Below, piece after piece: positions 52,036 through 64,000 of a stretch of 64,000 nt of DNA (its first letter is position 1; each line of letters starts with the position of its first letter). The translations under genes were made by a program, and so were the position numbers. This DNA is from Mobula hypostoma (taxonomy: Eukaryota). The notes below the pieces were generated by a model. That model was given only the letters and a program-made list of their open reading frames with translations. It ran no database searches and was not told the DNA's origin. Location: assembly GCF_963921235.1 (NCBI RefSeq), contig NC_086098.1, forward strand, positions 25,606,001 to 25,670,000, read 5' to 3'.

Positions 52036-52671
52036 CTTGAGGCCCAGGTTTTCCGAGCGCAGTTTCTCGATCTCATTCTGCAGGCTTTCTTCTTGCTCCG
52101 TCATCGCCTCCATGTTGGCGTCTCCCGCCGCCCTCTCATCCGGCTCGGCTGCACCTTTGGTGTGCATCGCGGCAACGCTGGACAGCGCCTTGCCCACGCT
52201 GGGCGGCGCCGCTCCCGCACCGGCGCGTCCCGGCCGCTCGCCGCCGTCTCCGCGCGGCTCCCCGCCCCCACCCACCGGCTGCGGCGGCGGTGGCGGTGGC
52301 GGCGGCGCCGCTACTGCTGGGATCTCGGCAGCACCCGGTGCGCGGCCACTTTTTGCGAGGTTCGGCGCCGCGTTCTGCTCTCCCTCCTCTCCGGCGCCGT
52401 CATGGGGCGTAGCCGCGACCTCCCTTTCAGCACCAAAGGGGCGGACAGTTGCCGCTGGTCTGTTTGACTTGTCTTTAGCGGTTGCAGCAGCTTGGCTGGG
52501 AATCCGGCCGGGGTGGTAACCCTGCTTCAGTGCATTGGCTTTGCCAGCCAGCGATGTCTTGATGGAAGGTCTCGAGTTAATATCCCGGAATCTGGCCGGC
52601 GAAGAGGCTCGTTGCTGTTTTCTGTTGTGAGAGTGCTGTCGGTTTTCAGCAGCGCCACTGGTTGGGTTCAT
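52036..52671 (-). CDS. SOGA3: SOGA3/MTCL3 first coding exon (212 codons; GC-rich, low complexity, poly-Pro)
   Basis: accATG start with an in-frame upstream TGA; RKQQRASSPARFRD resembles the SOGA3 N-terminal motif; donor AAG|gtaggc in phase with the next exon; likely acceptor ttctaac..tttcccgcag| at 52729. Confidence 0.88.
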
Positions 52672-53399
52672 GGTGTTACTGACATCTATTTGCAATTCTC
52701 AGGCAGCTCCATGCATACCACTTCTGTGCTGCGGGAAATTTCAAGTTAGAACAAAAAAGATCTATGCAATTATAGAAATAATAACAGAGTTTACTACTCC
52801 ACGTTTAAAAGTATTATTTGCAAGCTGTATCAACGCAGACTTTTAATCGGGTGGTGATCATGGTGATCATTACGATCATTAGGCAATTTGAATCCAACTT
52901 CGTGCTTTACAGACTCGGAACAAGGTGGAAACCCAGTTTCTGCATCGTCATATTGTATTACGAATGACTTTCATCCATTGATGAAATTGTACTTAGTATT
53001 TAAATTTGTCAATACATCAGGGAACCGTGAAAAGGCCATGGTCTTTATTGGATCAAATCACGAGAAAATTATAAACAAAAATCTTTATTAATAGAAGTCT
53101 TTTGAAGACTCCACAGATCTTGGTCTCTGAATTGGATCATATTTTGCTGGACTAAAATTAATAGCTGGTTGCTCGTCAGAATGGTTGACCCTGTGAACTG
53201 GCATGTTACCATGATAATCTGACATCCGCCATGTTAAATTTCCTTTCTAAGAATTCATGAATTAAAGCTGGATTTTCAAGGTTAGTTTCCTGGACCATGG
53301 GGTAAAATTTGGAAATCCAATTGCTTCCAGCCAGTACCATGCTTCTAATTTCCTTGTAGAATAACTTCTCTGCCACTAAACACTCTTGAGTGGTTAACA

Positions 53400-53960
53400 A
53401 ATGTCTATAAATGCACAGTGGAAAGTACCCTTGCTGATGCATCACAGTCTGGTATGGAATACCAATGCCCAGGAACAGAGAGTGGTGGATATAGTCCATC
53501 ACAGGCAAAGCCCTCTCCACCATTTGTGGCACATCAATATAAAGTACTGCTACAAGAAAGCAGCACCCACCATCAAAGACCACCACCCTCCAGTCCATAC
53601 CCTCTTCTTGCTACTACCATTGGGTAGGTCCCATGCCACCAGGTTCAGAATGCCAGTTTAAGAGCCTGATGATTGTAGGATAACAGTTATTACCCTAAGC
53701 CATCACAGGCCTGAATTAGCATGATTAACTTCATTCACCACTACTCTGAGCTGATCCTATGAGCTACAGATTCACTATCAACACATGTTCTCAATATTAT
53801 TTTTTGTTTGCACAGTTTATCATCTTTAGCACAATGGCTGTTTGTCAGTCTTGTCTATTTATGTATAGCTTTTCATAAAATTCCACAAAATTTTTCCTGT
53901 AAATGCAAGATTAATCTCAAAATAATATATGGTAACATATATCACCTTCAGATTAAATAT
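53400..53960 (+). mobile_element. Degenerate Rex1/L2-like LINE 3' fragment
   Basis: VESTL..WYG.., IKDHHPPVHTLFLLLPLGR motifs. Confidence 0.55.
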
Positions 53961-56061
53961 TATTATAAAAGTACGTATAACAAAAATTTAATACAATAAT
54001 AAATTTAATAATAAAATTAGTTCTCAAAATATACTGGCATTATTTAGATTCCTAATCTGGTACCTAAATACAATAAAATAGTAAATATTATCACTTATTG
54101 AATGTGCAATATGGTTTTAAACTTTTAATTTAATTCAATGGTGAAGCTTTATAGTAGCCAAGCAATTTTCCATAGTTTGCAGTAGAATAATTGAAAGCTG
54201 GCAGGTTATACTTGCATGTATTTAGTACTCTGATTTAGTGCTGGTGATGGATACCACTTGGTTCTACCATTCACATTGCCCACCTCTCCTTAAGGAAGAC
54301 ATATTATCTTACTAAATGCTGAAAAATTCCAGTTAGAGAGATGAATCTACAATTAATTTGTCTGGCATTAGGATCAAGTGCTTGCTGTATAAAACCTTTT
54401 AACGTGAGCATTCACAAGCCCCATTCCTAATTTTTTTCCAAATCACATGTCCCTTTTGATTTATATTAAGTACTCTTGCTGATGGAGTAATCTTAAATGT
54501 AAATATGCCCTTGTTTTCTAAAAGTCATTGGTAAGGGACGTGTAATTTTTTTCTGACCGTACACATCCACTAATGTCTCTTATTTTAGATGTATACACTC
54601 ATTATTTAGTTATCCCATGAAAATATAATACTCATGAATGCCCTGTCTATCACTTTCCTTATATGATGTTATGTGCCTGTGATACTGCTCTTTTCAATGT
54701 ACTTGTGTGTACATGTTCATTCAGCATATGACAATAAACTTAACTTTCAATTTTCCATCCTGCTAATCTCTGCAAACAATTTTTTGCTGAGGCTTGTCCT
54801 CTGCTGCATAGTGTGTTAAAACACGTGTTTTTATGTAGTCATCAAATATTAATAACATGCTACTTTTGCCAAATCCATGTCTGTTAAGAAGAAAAGTGGA
54901 GGTGCTGTTTAATCCAGACTTCCTACTTGTCAATCTATTTCCTTTGCTTGGTGCTTATTTTCTCATCTATCATTGTTCGTTACATATTATAAGACGCCAT
55001 TCAATACACTGAAGGTCTGTATGCATATCTGCATTCATATTATGCATATAACCAATACATCTATCAAGTGCATACTCTCTAACCTTGAATGTTCTCAGAC
55101 AAATTGGAATAATGTGGCTTCTTTCAGTTTGGCTACAAGTGATAATAATTTAATGATTATTAATTTATTACCATTTCGTTGCTGGGAGATGCAATATAAT
55201 GTTCTCCCACTCCATGGTTGAGCGAGGTGAGGGGGAAATTGTGAACAAATCTCAAATATTCTTCAGTAACGATTGCCATCATCAGAGCTCAGAGATTTAC
55301 ACAATGAGTCATACATGCCATTCTTCCTGTGCCACATGTCAATCATGACACAATGGTCTATCCTGCTTTCTTTGTTCTGCTGATAATTATTGAGTCTTCA
55401 TATGGTCATGTTTATTTAAGTTTGATTATTGACTTTTGCACTTGTGACCGTTCTGCTAATCGTCGATTGCTCATGGCTGTTTGCACAATTGTCTTGTAAA
55501 TTGTTGGTTGCTATTATGTTGTCTGTTATGGTATTGTCCTGTGTTTTATGCTTGGCACCGAACCACAATCAATTCTGGCATGTTTCATATACTGGCAATA
55601 AAGTGATTCTTATTGTGACTTATGCAATTTTAGAATCAGCTCTGTGCACCTGCATCTATTCTTCCATAATGCGCCCAGACTGTATTTTCACATTTACCAC
55701 CATTTGCAATCATTGAAAAACATCTGGCATCTCTCCAATTTCTTCATCCTCGACAACTAGATTCATCATTAATGACAAAACCATTCTTCCATAACCTCTG
55801 GGATTAAAATATCTCACAACCTCAAATAAGAACGATTATGTAATCAAAAGATCTCCAGGGAAATTACTGAATACATCAAATTTTACTCCCCTCCCCAACT
55901 GATACAATGATATCTCTATACATACATGTTATTTATTGGCCTTTCAGGTGAATTTATTAATATCTCCACATTTTAGGTAATCTAATACTGGTGTAGTAAT
56001 ATGCCAAAGCACAGAACTAAACCTAACTGCTATAGTCAATCTTATTCCTGTCCTCCTACAT

Positions 56062-56141
56062 CAGGGGTTCCCAACCTTTTTTATGCCATGGACCAAAACC
56101 ATTAAGCAAGGAGTCCATGGACCCCAGGTTGTGAACCCCTG
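56062..56141. mobile_element. ~80-bp hAT MITE (same family as 30394-30472)
   Basis: caggggttccc..gaacccctg; TSD tcctacat/gtctacat. Confidence 0.85.
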
Positions 56142-58216
56142 GTCTACATATTGATTGTTCAGATTTTACTGAGTTATGCTATGTGAGCGCCTGAAAACAC
56201 ATGAGAATTTTTTTTTATGTTCGTGACCTGAATAAGTACAATGCAACAAGTCACTCCCCTACAACACATATTAGTTTGTTACCAAGTAACGTTCATTCAT
56301 GAGTATCTGCATCAGGATACTTATTATTTCAATTATATAAAGATGCAAGATCCTGAGAAGATTTTAAAGAAGGAAGCTTTTGAATTATTTTTGAATTTGA
56401 CTTCATAAAACAAAAATCTATTCAAATGCTGATTTAATATTAAATAATGTTGCCTGTCCTAGTCACATATATATAACTATATATATCAACTTCCATCAAC
56501 TCAAAATTACCTAATTCTGATGTATAGTGATTTTTGAAGTGCAAGCTGACAGCCTGATATCAAAAACAATGTCAGGTATGTTACACATGGTTGCCATGTC
56601 TTTGAAGATGCCTCAATGCTTTCAACCTTCCAAAAAAAGAAATTGGCTCTTACCTCAAAGGCACTAGCTGGTATTGCACAGTAATAAGTGTGGATTTAAA
56701 TTCTCACTAAGCAGACAGTAGATACAGGGAACTTCTTCTGGGCAAAATATGTCATAAAATATTAATGCATTAACTCTATTCATTTGGACACTTATTATGC
56801 TTCAGTAAATGGCGGTTTTGTAACTTGTAGCATCAACAGAATCTGATTACATCTCCACAATACAAATATGGGCCGATGTATCTTTTGATTTAGATTTTTC
56901 TTACTTGACCTCCGCTTAGTCTACAATATCCTAAAATACTATTAAGTTCTGTTATGGTAATTTGGAGGGTTGGTTATTCCAGAACAATGCAACCCAGATT
57001 CTAATGAACCTGGATACAATCTGGGCAACAGTAATTTTACCTATGCTTCTCCTAGTTTAAATGGTAGTATTTGATCACATGAAATTCTACACACAAAGTT
57101 TCTATTAAGTATGTGGATGATAGCTTTCCTCACATTCTAGGGAAAAAAAACTACAAAAGAGTTAATGCCTGCATCCCCAGAGATAATCTATGCCACTCTT
57201 TGGTCGGAATACAGTTACTCCATACTTAGCATAAGGAAAGTAATCATTAAATGGCTATTTATTTATGTTCACGGAACACCCCTAAATGCACAACCCTCAG
57301 CCATCCATATTCCCAGTATCCCATGAGATCCATTCTATTCCACATTGAACCGTTATGACACAAGCAAACTGGGATCGGGCACCACAGCCCAGCTGGTCAG
57401 ACTGAGAATATATATGGCTGCGAGAATTAGTCATTCTGACATTACTAAACACGTGTAATTGTGATCCATCTACTTATTATTGTTCGGTAGAGAATTTTAT
57501 TGTTTTTTTAAATGCTGCAAACCTTTCACAAAACACTAATATTTGAAATAAGAGGATATTTTACAGTTTAGTGGCATGAAATAACGTGGCATTCTAAAAA
57601 AAGTTCGTGTATTTTCACATAAAAGTGTGGAAGTGCTGCTCTCAGACAACAAATACCACATGAGGTAACCATCTTCTCTCACGCCCCTAAGAACGATGCG
57701 GCGCGGTGGGCGGAGATGCAGTGCCACATATTTAGACACGAAAAGTCAAATACGTGAATATTTTATTTCCTATTGTCGATGCCATTTTAACGAGTAAAAA
57801 TCTCGGTGAAAATATATCCTGACTGCTGCATCGCTTAAGGCAGCCGCAACGATTGCCCCCCCCCCCCGCCACCCCCCATCACAAGGGAGTTCGTGCCGCG
57901 CTCCTGCAGCCGCTATTGTGCACAGCGATGGGACAGCCAGATTTCCGCACAAGAGCAAGACCGTTGTAGACGAGATTATTAACACTATTGAAAAAGAAAA
58001 ACGCCAGTGAACCAGTCACATTATTGAGGAATTCCACTAATTGGATAATGGAAAAAATCGTAGAGCAAAAGCAATAAATTTAAAAGAACAGTCAAAGGGA
58101 GGTATAAGTTTTATTGGCACAGAGTGAAGATCTCTCTTTGCGAAGATGCACCCCCAACTCTATCAAATGAGCCTCCTGGCTTGGCAAGCGGGAGGCCTGA
58201 GGAAGAAGGGACTCAC

Positions 58217-58410
58217 CGTTTTCGGTTTGTGCTGCAGGAACAAGCTTCCATAGCTGAGCGCAGCTTGCCGCTTTATTTGCATCTCCCCCAGGCTAGAGCA
58301 TTGCTCTATCTGATGAGCAGACCCACGAGCAGGGAGGAGCTTCCCACTGACTTCAAGGGGTGGACCGTCTACGCCACTAGGCTACAGCCGAACCGCTGCT
58401 GACATTTGCT
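58217..58410 (-). other. SOGA3: Probable non-coding exon 1 of SOGA3
   Basis: Consensus donor CG|gtgagt at 58216-58211 in a CpG-rich non-repetitive region; TSS position inferred. Confidence 0.6.
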
Positions 58411-58429
58411 GCGACCTTGCAGGATCTGA

Positions 58430-58480
58430 CTAGCATTATATCGTGCGGCAGCGCGTCTTTTGTCTCCCCGCCCTCTGCAC
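58430..58480 (-). promoter_or_regulatory. Candidate SOGA3 core promoter (TATA-like TATAAT plus GC box) in CpG-rich DNA
   Basis: Minus-strand TATAAT at 58440-58435 and GGGCGGGGAG at 58473-58464; CpG enrichment ~57690-58480. Confidence 0.5.
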
Positions 58481-59601
58481 TTGGTTCCTTCTGAAACAAT
58501 GCATAATCCTATATCAGAGGTTGAAAAGGGCAGTTAGTGATAGAGAGGGACATAAAAAAAGACACGTTTTCCATCATGAAACAATACTAGAAAACGTTTG
58601 GAAACGCTCGGCAAGCTGGACAGCACCTGTAGATAGAATTAAGCATCGGGTCGAAGACCTTCATCGGAAATGAGAAAGAGAAATCCAGTTGGTTTTAAGT
58701 TGCATAGAATGAGGCGAGAGGCAGATGGGGAAAGGAGACTATCGGAAGATACGAGAACAAAGAGGGATAGTGCACAGGCAGAGGCGATTAACTTTAATTT
58801 GGCAAGATGATGGGCTCTGACATTGGGGGCCAAATGACCTGATTCCGTGCGGTTACTGTTCTGTGTTCTGAGACCCGGATTGGTATGGGGACAAAATGCA
58901 GTTGATATCGGTCATCAATGTCCTCTAAGGGGAGGCAGAGAGAGAAAGGGAGAAACATAACAAAAGCTTTATCTTAATGACTGAAATAAATTGACACTAT
59001 ACTGCAAAAATGTGTGACATTAGTTACCAGCAGTTACTAGAAGTAGCTAGTAATTAGTTATTTGAAGTGTAACATTACGTTACACTGTGTTTCACTGCCA
59101 ATTCACATCGTGACAAAACTGATAGCATTACAAATTCCATACACAAATATGTCTTTGGGTTTGGTAGTTCTGCAATTCTCTGAGGTGCAATAGTGTTGTG
59201 GGCTGTCAGTAGCAGATCTGTATATCACCATAATAACCAAAGCCATGAGAAAAATGAGCAAGAACAGCTCCGAGCTTGCTCTACAATACAAAAGATTTTA
59301 TCTGAACTCCTCTATCCTAATAGCTTTACATGTTTATCTCTTGTCAATATATCAGATTTAGTCCTGAATATACACAACTGAATTTCAATCAAATTTGTAA
59401 AGGAATTTCTCTGAATGCCAGTCTTGTAAAGCCCAAGCCTTTAATCATAGACAACTATCACTAGTCAAGGAAAACCACCAGCATCTGTCCCAAATTACCT
59501 AAGAATTTTGTATGTCAGAGATCTTCTGAAAATCAAAATATACAGTATCCATAGGTTTACTCTTCACTGGGACACAATGAATCCTCTGGAACCAGTAGAA
59601 G

Positions 59602-60126
59602 GTTCCTAATAAAGTGGCCTTTGAATGTATGTTCATGGTCTTCTGCTGCTGTAGTCAATTCACTTTAAGATTTGATACGGTGTGCATTCAGAGATGCTCT
59701 TCTGCACACCACTGTTGCAACACATGGTTATGTGAGTTGCTGTCACATTCCAGTCAATTTGAAACCATCTGATCATTCTCTGACTTCTCTTATTAACAAG
59801 GCTTTTTTGCCCACAGAACTGCCACTCACTGGATTTTTATTGTTTCTCATACCAAACTCGAGAGACTGTGTGAAAACCCCAGGAGATCAGCAGTTTCTGA
59901 GATAATCAAACCATCCTGTCTGATACCAACAATCATTCCATGGTCAAAGTCACTTGGATCAAATTTCTTCCCCCATTCTGATGTTTGGTCTGAACAACAA
60001 TTGAACCACTTGAGTATGTCTGTATGTTTTTTTGTGCATTGAATTGCTGCCACAAGATTGGCTGATTAGATATTTGCATTAACAAGCGCACAAACAGATA
60101 CATCTAATAAAGTGGCGACTGAATGT
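59602..60126 (-). mobile_element. Non-autonomous Tc1-like DNA transposon
   Basis: ctaataaagtggc terminal motifs with a TA end; transposase N-terminal HTH remnant SDFDHGMIVG..ISETADLLGFS. Confidence 0.8.
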
Positions 60127-61084
60127 ATATTAACCATGATTTTCCTTTCATAAAACTGTGTTCACACTGATTTAACATAGTGGTTTTCCAAGTGTTTTGT
60201 AGCCATGCTACTAAAATTGGCTTCTGCTGTATATTTATAAATGATCTCTCTCTTTGCTCAAGCAGTAATGTTGCACTTGCTACCTTCTGACTCATAGGAA
60301 CTGTTCCACTTGCATTGAGTCAGATGGTATTCTGCAAAATCAAATCCACCTCCGGATCTGCCTAAGTTAAAATCCTCGGGTGTATGCCAACTGGTCAAGC
60401 GAAATTGTTGACTTTTATTCCCATTATTTGTACTACTTTTTTCTGCAAATATTAACTGTATTAACTGTTTTATACCCTTTATTATAATTTCACCAATGGT
60501 CATCCCCTCACTTTTTTGCCTCACTCCTTGATGAATAGTTCCACACCTATAGAGAAGAGAAAAACCGTATCTCCAACACATTCACTCTAGAATTGCAATG
60601 GTTGTCAAGTATGAAGAGTGGAGTCCATCAGCAGTCTCATCACTAACTAAAATGAACACTAAAATAAAGCTGAAGTATTCGTAAATATCTTAATAAAATC
60701 TGAATTTGATATTTGCACTTAGAGTCCACATGATCACTTTACCACCAATGATAATAGTGTCAATGCAACTCTGTTCATGCAATATAGGTAGATTAATCTG
60801 GTTGCAACAAAGTTTGTATATTTAAAGAACTGTGTTTTGAAGCTAGATGCTTTCCTTGACATACAAAGATATATAAACTCCACCATTAGCCTCCCATAAG
60901 TCCAACAAAGCAATTTTCATCACATTGGTTGTACCTTATTCAAACCTGCTGGTTTTATAGGAGTGAAACGTAGAAAATAGATCAGCACAACACAGAAACA
61001 GGCCCTTTGCCTGTTGTGACTCATCTGAGTCACCAAAGAGACACTGAAGCTGGAGATATAAGACTTTATTCATCACAACAAGCC

Positions 61085-62620
61085 TTCGTAATTTCAAAAA
61101 TAGACTTTATTCATAATAAGAATATAGACTAAGGAAGAAATGGTGCAAAACATTTACATTCATGGTTGTTACTTTCAATAGGGTAAACTTGTTAAAAGAA
61201 TAAAACATAATACCATTTATGTGACCTTCTGGGATGATACTGTATACCCTTTGAATGCTTCCCCCACACATGCCCCCAACTTGGCCACTTCATGTGTGAC
61301 AGAGGAAGGAGCCCAGACTGTGGTCCTTGCCTAAAGTCCCATAGCATTAGGTGCTTTGAGCTTCAGCACATCCCTCAGCAAGTACTCTTGAAGCCTGGAA
61401 TGTGCTAATCTGCATCATTCTCTTACAGACATCCTGCAGTGCTGGAAGACCAAGTTTCAGAAGGATCAAAGAGTGTCTTTCACCAAGCTGACGACCTTCC
61501 AGCAGCATTTGATGTTTGTCTTGGTGTGTGATCCTGAGAACAGTCAGAGTCCTCTGTTATGCAGCTCCTTGGAACCAAGACATGAACCTTTGCATACTTC
61601 TCCATACCCTTCAAGCAAATCCTACTGTGTGCAAAGAGGTGGATGTCCATCTCTTCTCCACCTCAGCTGTATCAGAGGCAGCATGCATTATGGATGATAT
61701 ATAGGAAAAGATCTGACAGTAAGGCTCTCTCTTACCACCAGCCAAGTGAGATCCTGGTGCTAATCATTCTGCGAACTGACCATGGATCAGAGTGGAAGAT
61801 AGTGACATAGTCCATGTACAGTGGGAATTTTCACTCGTGTGCCTCCACTGCCTGGCAACATCACCCCTCTTATGCTCTAGTCCTTCCTGATGGATTTGAC
61901 AAAGGGTTCTACACAAATCACAAGCAAGACAAGGGAGAGTGGACAACCCTGTCTGACTTCAGACTTGATGGGGAGGGTATCTGTCACCCACCCTTTGACT
62001 TGGACTGCATTATGTAGAGCAGTTGGCTTCAATTTCTGATTCTTTTCCCAAAATCAATTTTTGGAGAGCATGTCCGTCATGTAGAGTACATATGAGATAT
62101 CCTGTCAAAAGTCTTCCCCTGGTTCAAGATGACCAGATAGGCTACAATGGCAACTAATTACTAATGTTGCAACTAATGTTCAAACACCTTTGCTGAGACT
62201 AAGTACTCAGACGGATGGTCTAAAAAATTCTGAGGACAGAGATCCTAAAATCTCAAAATTAATGTTATGAGGGTTGAATCTCTGAGTACACAAATATCCC
62301 AACTATCAATAGATGAAGTATACCTGTGACCATGTTAGATGTACTATGTAACAATATCAGTCTGGTCTGCAAGTTTCCTTGAACATCATCACAATGGTGT
62401 AAAATAACTTAACCATAGTTGATTGGTTTGATATAGGTTGATAAACATAGCCTCATTGTCTTCCATTTGGCTGATGCATATCAGAATATCTGATGGTCAC
62501 TTCACTTCGCAAACTATATCTCTTGAACAGTCAATATCACCTGGGCAGTAGCTGGTGCTCTGTAGACAGTGTTGTTTGTTTACAAAGCTGTCCTTTTAAC
62601 TTCAAGTTGATTATCGCTTA
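61085..62620 (-). mobile_element. Highly degenerate L1/Tx1-like LINE 3' portion
   Basis: Minus-strand aataaa near 61107; decayed C-terminal zinc-knuckle-like segment (GGEE..HLF..VW) at ~61595-61685. Confidence 0.45.
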
Positions 62621-62759
62621 CAATTCACATTAAAAACTGAAGACAAATTCTAATTTCATTTAATGTCTACAATGTTCACACAATTCCATAACTCCAGGCT
62701 CGCAATGTTGTGCCAAATGAATTAAACTGGTAATTGAAATGCCTAATTAAGCTGGATCC

Positions 62760-63250
62760 ATCTGTCTACAAAATTTACATTTTCCCCCATTCTGTCCAAA
62801 TTTATTTGCCTATTTAAGAGCCTTTTAAACACTTCTGTCATGGTTGCTCCATCACTACCGTGGCAGCATAATCCAGGAACCCACAACACTCTGAGTGAAA
62901 GACTTGTCTGTTACATCACCTTAAATATATATCCTCTGGTACAGAGGTTCCCAACTTTTTTTATGCCATGGACCCCAACCATTAACCGAGGGATTCACGG
63001 ACCCCAGGTTGTGAACCCCTCTCTAGTATTATACATTTTCACCCTGGGAGAAAGATACCAGCAATGCCTGTCATGAACTTAAAGACCTCTATCTAAACTA
63101 AAGGTCTTTCCTAATTTATTCAACCTCTCCTTAAAGCACATGCATTCTGATCCAGGAAACATCCTGGTGAACCTCATCTGTACCCTCTCCTAGTCTTCCA
63201 CATCCTTCCAATATTGGGGCAACCAGAATTCAATGCAGTACTCCAGATGT
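62760..63250 (-). mobile_element. Degenerate CR1 3' fragment
   Basis: Reverse complement of EYC..W.P..KDV..LERVQ.RFTRM. Confidence 0.7.
62942..63020. mobile_element. ~80-bp hAT MITE inserted in CR1
   Basis: TIRs plus 8-bp TSD ctctggta/ctctagta. Confidence 0.85.
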
Positions 63251-63363
63251 TGACTCCAGTGGGGTCAAGATGGCACCAGTGAACAACAATTCCTCAGGCA
63301 ACATCTTCTAGATTGTCAATTATTTCACCTTTTCTATGCCCTTTACTTATTCTGTTTATTTTA

Positions 63364-64000
63364 TGCAACACACCTCTAAGTTGCTGGTGAATGCAGCAGG
63401 CCAGGCAGCATCTCTAGGAAGAGGTACAGTCGATGTTTTGGGCCGAGACCCTTCGTCAGGACTAACTGAAGGAAGAGCTAGTAAGAGATTTGAAAGTGGG
63501 AGGGGGAGATCCAAAATGATAGGAGAAGACAGGAGGGGGAGGGATGGAGCCAAGAGCTGGACAGGTGATTGGCAAAAGGGATATGAGAGGATCATGGGAC
63601 AGGAGGCCCAGGGAGAAGGAAAAGGGGGAGGGGGGTAACCCAGAGGATGGGCAAGAGGTATAGTCAGAGGGACAGAGGGAGAAAAAGGAGACAGAGAGAA
63701 AGAATGTGTGTATATAAATAAATAACGGATGGGGTACGAGGGGAAGGTGGGGCATTAGCGGAAGTTAGAGAAGTCAATGTTCATGCCATCAGGTTGGAGG
63801 CTACCCAGATGGAATATAAGGTGTTGTTCCTCCAACCTGAGTGTGGCTTCATCTTTACAGTAGAGGAGGCAGTGGATAGACATATCAGAATGGGAATGGG
63901 ACCACTCATTCTGATATGTCTACCCACGGCTTCCTACAGATGCTGCCTGGCCTGCTGCGTTCACCAGCAACTCTGATGTGTGTTGCTTGAATTTCCAGCA
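63364..64000. mobile_element. Penelope element in inverted configuration (minus arm 63364-63900, plus arm running off the window)
   Basis: Reverse complement of the 2450-3045 sequence, followed by inverted segments. Confidence 0.88.

Noticed and set aside
51910-52519. Two 185-aa plus-strand ORFs
   Set aside because: Antisense shadows of the GC-rich SOGA3 exon

Overview
Eukaryotic (vertebrate) genomic DNA. The repeat landscape (V-SINE/HE1-type SINEs, CR1, Penelope and Rex1/Babar retroelements) points to a cartilaginous fish, probably a ray; this taxon call is an inference. One protein-coding gene is present, SOGA3/MTCL3 on the minus strand. I resolved six coding exons (52671-52036, 51701-51477, 51297-51139, 26951-26883, 25374-24160, 21589-21479), all joined in phase 0, giving an 804-aa coiled-coil protein with a hydrophobic C-terminal tail. 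A probable non-coding first exon and promoter lie near 58.2-58.5 kb, and intron 4 (~24 kb) is GC-AG. The rest is intronic or intergenic DNA dense in transposon remnants: CR1, Penelope, Rex1/Babar, RTE, Tx1, a Helitron, Tc1/Tigger and hAT MITEs, and SINEs. There is a 154-N gap at 19021-19174. The most interesting signals are RNA structures inside retroelements. (i) A ~310-bp TSD-flanked non-autonomous RTE-type element begins exactly with an HDV-like ribozyme fold (21791-21943). (ii) Penelope ends carry minimal type-I hammerhead motifs, one intact-looking and sense to the SOGA3 pre-mRNA within a 1.1-kb inverted-repeat insertion. (iii) A Helitron remnant encodes 23-aa STPR-like repeats. (iv) A tRNA/CORE SINE and an RTE-like element share a 3' tail. 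No prokaryotic systems, CRISPR arrays, rRNA or true tRNA genes were found. Family assignments come from motif recognition, not database searches.
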